NCBI RefSeq assembly: GCF_006345805.1
Contig: NC_043007.1
Coordinates: forward strand, 8,680,001-8,744,000
From: Octopus sinensis
Lineage: Eukaryota
Direction: 5' to 3'
Length of the DNA stretch: 64,000 nucleotides
Shown: piece after piece, positions 63,201 to 64,000 of the stretch
How positions within the stretch are numbered: the first letter of the stretch is position 1
Layout of the letters: each line of letters opens with the position of its first letter
Notes under the pieces: generated by a model
The model's database searches: none
What the model saw: the letters and a program-made list of their open reading frames with translations, nothing else
Told to the model about the DNA's origin: nothing
Program-made: the position numbers and the translations under genes

Positions 63201-64000
63201 GTGTGTTTGTGTGTACGCGGGCCTTATGTCAGAATTACAAAGAATTTTTTACTCTGAATGCAGTAACCATTATTAGACTACATTATCGAATATGTCCCTT
63301 AGTTTTCTAAGGTGTCACAGTCTGATTTCTGAGAAAATTCGCTGGTATTTCTAGCATACAGAGCGACTCATGTACAGACATGCTGGTCCGTTGGTTCGTT
63401 GGCTGGTGAGAAGCGAAACGCAACATATTTAGCTGTGTGATGACGGCAATAAATATAGTAAGTGTTCTCAGATAACAGAGATATGAGTCTGATTATGAAG
63501 ACATTGGTCTCATTCTTAGAAGCACACACACACCACACACATACATACTCCCACATGCAGACACTCGTCTACGCGCATGCACACAGGCAGTGACACACAA
63601 CACAAACACTGGTGTACGCATACGCAGAAATATACACGTGCTATTAGGCACATACTCGCAGACATGTTCGTTTACACATTCTCACATACGGAAGCTTGTA
63701 CGCATGTTTAAAATATACTCACAGCCTCTTGCGTACAGTGAGATATGCACACTTGAAGGATCTTATGTATACAGACACATATATACACCGGTATATACAT
63801 ATACATAGTATACACTCATACATACCTACATACATACATACATACATACATACATACATACATACATACATACATACATACGTAACATAACATACATCTG
63901 TAGGAGGCAACATTCATATAGAAAGCCTATATAGGAACGGACATGAAAACACATAATCTTGTACACTCACACACAAACACACACATACACACATATAAAA

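Overview
Repeat-dense eukaryotic (animal) DNA, most likely intronic or intergenic. The SINE families (tRNA-like heads, CORE-like and Nin/Deu-like domains) and the heavy (TA)n/(GATA)n/(GGAT)n/(TAA)n load suggest a coleoid cephalopod such as Octopus; this is an inference from pattern recognition. I found no complete host protein-coding gene, rRNA, genuine tRNA gene or CRISPR array. Most entries in the ORF track are translations of microsatellites. The recognisable coding remnants all belong to mobile elements: a near full-length frameshifted CR1-type LINE (56374-~60870, -), a Neptune-type Penelope-like element with RT, Cys linker and GIY-YIG (12974-16045, -), 3' ends of a Tx1/L1-type LINE sitting in GATA/GGAT microsatellites, an internally deleted Ty3/Gypsy element with 130-bp LTRs, two mariner remnants, a pogo-like MITE, a non-autonomous Helitron, TAA-flanked Dong/R4-like 3' ends and many SINEs. 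The most striking observation is a non-coding 480/481-bp tandem array (40121-41720). Each unit junction carries a type I hammerhead ribozyme fold, complete in two copies and with one stem I base missing in the third. The array is preceded by a 185-bp inverted copy of part of the unit, giving a retrozyme / Penelope-pLTR-like architecture that could release ~480-nt monomers. Also notable is a textbook recursive-splice-like site (Y-tract-CAG|GTAAGT at 48348/48349) lying between two inverted retroelement copies. Boundaries marked ~ were read by eye.
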